DNA from: Chrysomallon squamiferum | Lineage: Eukaryota; Animalia; Mollusca | Length of the DNA: 64,000 bases | Assembly (NCBI GenBank): GCA_012295275.1 | Contig: CM022665.1 | Span: 18,600,001-18,664,000, forward strand | Direction: 5' to 3' | Part shown: positions 30,707 to 64,000 of the stretch, in pieces | Layout of the letters: each line of letters begins with the position of its first letter | How positions within the stretch are numbered: position 1 is the first letter of the stretch | Notes under the pieces: generated by a model | Database searches by the model: none | Told to the model about the DNA's origin: nothing | Seen by the model: the letters and a program-made list of their open reading frames with translations, nothing else | Translations under genes and position numbers: made by a program

Positions 30707-31054
30707 GTTTTTTCATTGCTGTAATATCAAATTATAACTTTGATAACATTTTAGAAAAACCGCTGGAAAAAAAACTGAAAAACTAGACACTTAATTGTCA
30801 TGAATTGACATGTCTGATTACTTCCAAGTTCTATATTCCACTCAAGTCAGCTGACTGAACTGTTTATCAAAATATATTTTATTTACTTTCCTGTCAGTCC
30901 TCAATGGAATGGTGAAGGTGTGTGTAAAACATAACTTTCTTCTGACTGATCAGTATCAGAAGAGAAGTGACAGTCACAGAATATTTCCTTTCTTATATCA
31001 CTATCAATAAAAATGATCACAAGGATTTTATTTTATTTTTTTTTTTTTTTTTAT

Positions 31055-31089
<35 letters not shown>

Positions 31090-31538
31090 TTTTTTTCTAT
31101 TTATTTTTAGTGACTAATAACAGATAATCCAAAAATTGGTCAAGTGTCGTTAAATTTTCAATAATTCATGCTGCTGGCGTCACAACAATTAATAAACTAT
31201 GTCACTCTCGCTTTAGGAATGTATGGCTATCAATATAATTAGATACTATATAATAATAATAATGTATCATTGTATGCACTTGTACAGTAAATACTAAAAT
31301 AGCCTAATACTACTTTACTAGTAGTACTAGTAGTAGTTGGAACCAAAATGAGTTTTTTCTTAACTTCAAACTGACAAATACTATATATTTAACGAATGGA
31401 ATTTCAATTAGATTATAACATCACAAGAATTTAATCAAGACCAAAACGTGTTATTTCTGCAACAGGAATGGCACTGTCTTAGCTATGTTCAGTAAATGAA
31501 AAAGGTAAAATAAAATTTCACAAACCGCATTTTCGAAC

Positions 31539-31580
31539 ACCGGATGTTTTCTTTTTGTATTCTCGCGTTTTCTCGCGAGA
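31539..31580. promoter_or_regulatory. Probable MLH3 promoter module: ETS site plus TCTCGCGAGA palindrome
   Basis: ACCGGATGT at 31539-31547, partial TCTCGCG at 31561-31567 and perfect TCTCGCGAGA at 31571-31580, in a local CpG cluster ~850 bp upstream of the MLH3 ATG. Confidence 0.55.
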
Positions 31581-31601
31581 ATTTTTGTGTTTGTTTCTGT
31601 C

Positions 31602-31682
<81 letters not shown>

Positions 31683-32507
31683 CAAGCAAATAAACATAAA
31701 GAAAAGAAGTGTGTCGTGAAGATAATTTTTTTTACATACAAACGAACTAACATATTTGAAAGGTTTAAATTAGCTAAAAAATGGCTAAAAATCCTAAAGA
31801 GTATTTCAATGATGGGCCTAATTAATTCAGTACTGTTCGTACACCTTAAATTAGATATTGGCCTAGCTGCTCCAAATTAATATAACATGGGACACTTCAG
31901 GATCCAGTGTACGACTGTAAATTAAATTTTAAAAAGAAGAAGAAATAGAAAGAAAGAAAAAAGAATTAAAGTAATCAGATCGGCAACAAAAACTCAATAA
32001 TATTAAAATTTTAGGTAACGTTTAAATTATTTAATTATGATTCTTTGTAGAACAATATTAAATATATAAACGTTTGAAAGAAAATGAAAATAAATAAAAA
32101 CGTTCATGTATAATAACTGCAAGATGTACCTTGATTTCATTATTGTTTCGATCAATACATAATATTAGAACGATCTTGTCATTTGACAATAATTCTCTAT
32201 TTACCAAGACGACCCAAGACAAAATTACAGTGTACGATGTTTTATGTAACCATGGTGATTGTGGAGGCATTGATTAATCGTTTAACATACAACTGACAGC
32301 AAGCTGTCGTGATATAAAGAACTCGCAAAACGACGAACAAAAAAGTGAAAATAATAATTAATGCTCATTAATAGTTAAAACAAATTACAAATCAGATTAT
32401 GTTACCCTCAAACCAATTAACAAACTATATGTTGAAGTTAGCTCTAATCAGAGCTAAAGTCAGAGAATAGTATTCCTTACGGCATTAATTAATTGTACAG
32501 AATAGTT

Positions 32508-32552
<45 letters not shown>

Positions 32553-33682
32553 CTCACCCAGTCACGCACTCTTATACACACACAAACATGCACACACATA
32601 AATAAAATCATTTCTGAGATTTTGTCACTTCTTTTTTCTTTCCTTTACCCCCACACATTTATACTGTGTATATTATTCAATAAAGAATCATGAAAATTAA
32701 AGTGATTTAAACTTATTAAGAAATTTTAATGATTCTAAAAGATAACAGCACCACCAACAACAAAAATGTTGAGGTCTCGATTCAGATGCCTTTTCTCTAT
32801 AGAACTGTGAAATTCATGCAGCAAGATTTGGGATATTTTAAAGTTAGGTTGATATAATTCCAACTTTGTCAACTGGTTTTTGACCCCACTCCGTACCTTT
32901 CATCCCGAATACCAATGGAATGATGGATGCTGTAATATTTTAATGAATTGAAGCTTTTCAGAACTGCCTAATAAACAATGCAGTCTGATCGTTTTATCAT
33001 TTTATGTCATGAAATTATGTTTATATCAACGTGATAAACATATGCAGTAACTTATTTTTCAGCTAGTTATACATAAGTCTGAAAATATTGTTTACTTTAG
33101 AAAAAGCTCGTATAAAGTTTTTTTAAAACTGTTGCCCTCTGAATGCAAAGCTGATTTAAAATTTAGGATTGCGTTTTTACCTAATTAAATGTTTTCATTC
33201 ACGTGAAGATTAAATTCGTCAGCGGATATTGATTTTTGTAATAACTAGAACATCATGTGATCTGGGTCAGTATCAAAATTAATCGACTATTTTCTTTTTT
33301 ATTAGTTATATAATTAAGTGCAGCTTCTTAACAGTAGGTGAATTTAGTCAGTGCAGCAAACTATTTAATAAACGCAATAACAAACAACAAAAAAGAAAGA
33401 AACACAAAATTTAAAAAAAGAAAAAAGAAAAACAAAACAATTTCATTAAAATTAGATAATAAAAATAATTATTATACTTCCGGAATAATTAAATAAATAT
33501 TATAATTTTTAAAAATAATAATAATAAAATAAACTAAATGATTATGTTATTATTATAATTGTTGTTGTTGTTTGTAAAATTTCAGTGATTTTCATTCCGC
33601 AATATCTGTCATTGGTGCATGTTAATTTAGTTGAGTAATACCTTTCTATTCTAAATCTTTTATTCGAATGATCCTATGTATT

Positions 33683-33730
<48 letters not shown>

Positions 33731-35288
33731 ATGTATGCATCTCAATTGTTCGTACATTTCTGATGGTGATGGATATAATATAACGTGATAGTTTGGACTT
33801 CACTTAATTACTTAAAACTGCCGATATTGTAATTCTCAACTGCAGAACAAGAACATCCTGGAAAAAATATTATCTCATGTGTGTAATGACTGGTTTCTTT
33901 GCTGTTTTTGTTCTATATAAGTGAACGAGTTTAATTCTAACTGAACATCACAACAAAATAGCGTCTCACCAAAATACATTTCTCGAGTTGACCCTGACCA
34001 GTCCTCATTGTTAAAATGGTGAACCATATTTTTTGTTTTGATCAGTATTTACAGAAAAACAAAACTGCGTTCATTACGATTTAGGAGAGAAAAAAATATA
34101 CATAACACAAATTTGTTCAGTCACCATCCGAATTAACACAACTGACACACACGTACACATACTACTCACACACATACACATGCATACGCACGTATACGAA
34201 CACATACACATTTACACACGCACGCACAAATACATTTTTGTTCCTTGGTGTGCAGTGTCTTGATACACCAGTTTCCTTAAAGTATAACCAAAATTATTTT
34301 TTTAATCAATTTAAAACAACAACAACAACAATAATAATAAAGCAACAATAAAATTTGTATATTACAGTTATTATATAGATAAACTAAAAGATAATAAGAA
34401 TACAAAAACAAAAGTTTTATAATTAAGAGTTCGAAAATAATTTTAAAAATGCTTTAAAAAAATAATACTTTTTTAAAATTAAATTAAATTCAATATATTC
34501 ATTGTTCATGTCTGTCTATCTGTCTAGCTATCTGTTTTTTATTGCCGGCTATTTATCTATCTGACAGCACACACACACACACACATACACACACACACTA
34601 TATATATATTTCTTTCTATTTATTTATTATTTTAACTAAGTCTATTTAATTATTCATATTCTTAATTTTGAATTTTATTCTTTTACCTTGACGTCCTACT
34701 TATATCTTGCTATATTATTGTGCCTGACTGTGTAAAAACTTGCATTTCTTTATATTAATTATCCTTTTCGAAATGCTTCCTATTCGTCAAAACAGAGAGA
34801 GAAAGGAAACAGTTCTGCCACTCACAACAGGGATAGATAAACAAAACACGTTCTGTATGTTGAGTTCTTTCAAAATCGATTCAGCGGTTCTCTCCTCGCG
34901 ACAAGCAGTACGAGACCTGTATTTCCTAGGGGTATGCGCTTTATTCAGCCACATAATAGAGACATTGTATTTGCCGTCATTCTCTGTTCTCTGTCAGTTA
35001 TAAAGGTTTATATGAATTTTCTCTTCGCTGATAATAAAGTCCATAGTATTTGGCCCAGTTACTATAGTTCTCAGCGGTCAATAGTGATCACATTATACGA
35101 CAACATAAGAAAAAGTTTTAGTAAAGCATATCAGATTATAGATATGTTCTAATAAAGGGTAGGGGTGAATGAAAAAAAAAAAAAAAGAAGAAGAAGAAAA
35201 ATATTGATAAATGACGGGATAGTAAAAGAATAGTGAATTACTCAAGTTTAAGGAACTGTCGAGTTAAAAAGAAAAAGAAATAATTATA

Positions 35289-64000
<28,712 letters not shown>

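Overview
AT-rich, microsatellite-dense, intron-rich animal genomic DNA, probably a mollusc or other lophotrochozoan (inferred from a Pif-type LamG gene). Four spliced genes were reconstructed by hand from splice sites and frame continuity. (1) The 3' part of a TIAM/still-life-like Rac GEF with DH-PH domains (+, <1-3745). (2) A compact 6-exon gene for a secreted ~230-aa stand-alone Pif-type laminin-G-like protein that the ORF track catches only in fragments (-, 9059-13358). (3) A complete 14-exon MLH3 of ~1875 aa (-, 17639-30706); its first intron holds a 2.4-kb near-palindromic Sola2-like transposon relic. (4) The 5' part of an inversin-like ankyrin-repeat/IQ protein (+, 35289->64000), with a GC-AG intron and a 14-kb first intron containing a Tigger/pogo relic and two long (CT)n-based arrays. 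The best leads are the hidden secreted LamG gene, a frame-preserving 21-nt candidate microexon duplicating the start of the next DH-domain exon, the Sola2 foldback carrying the same dead transposase fragment in both arms, and a TCTCGCGAGA plus ETS promoter module upstream of MLH3. No CRISPR array, rRNA or tRNA was seen. Family assignments come from motif recognition, not database searches.
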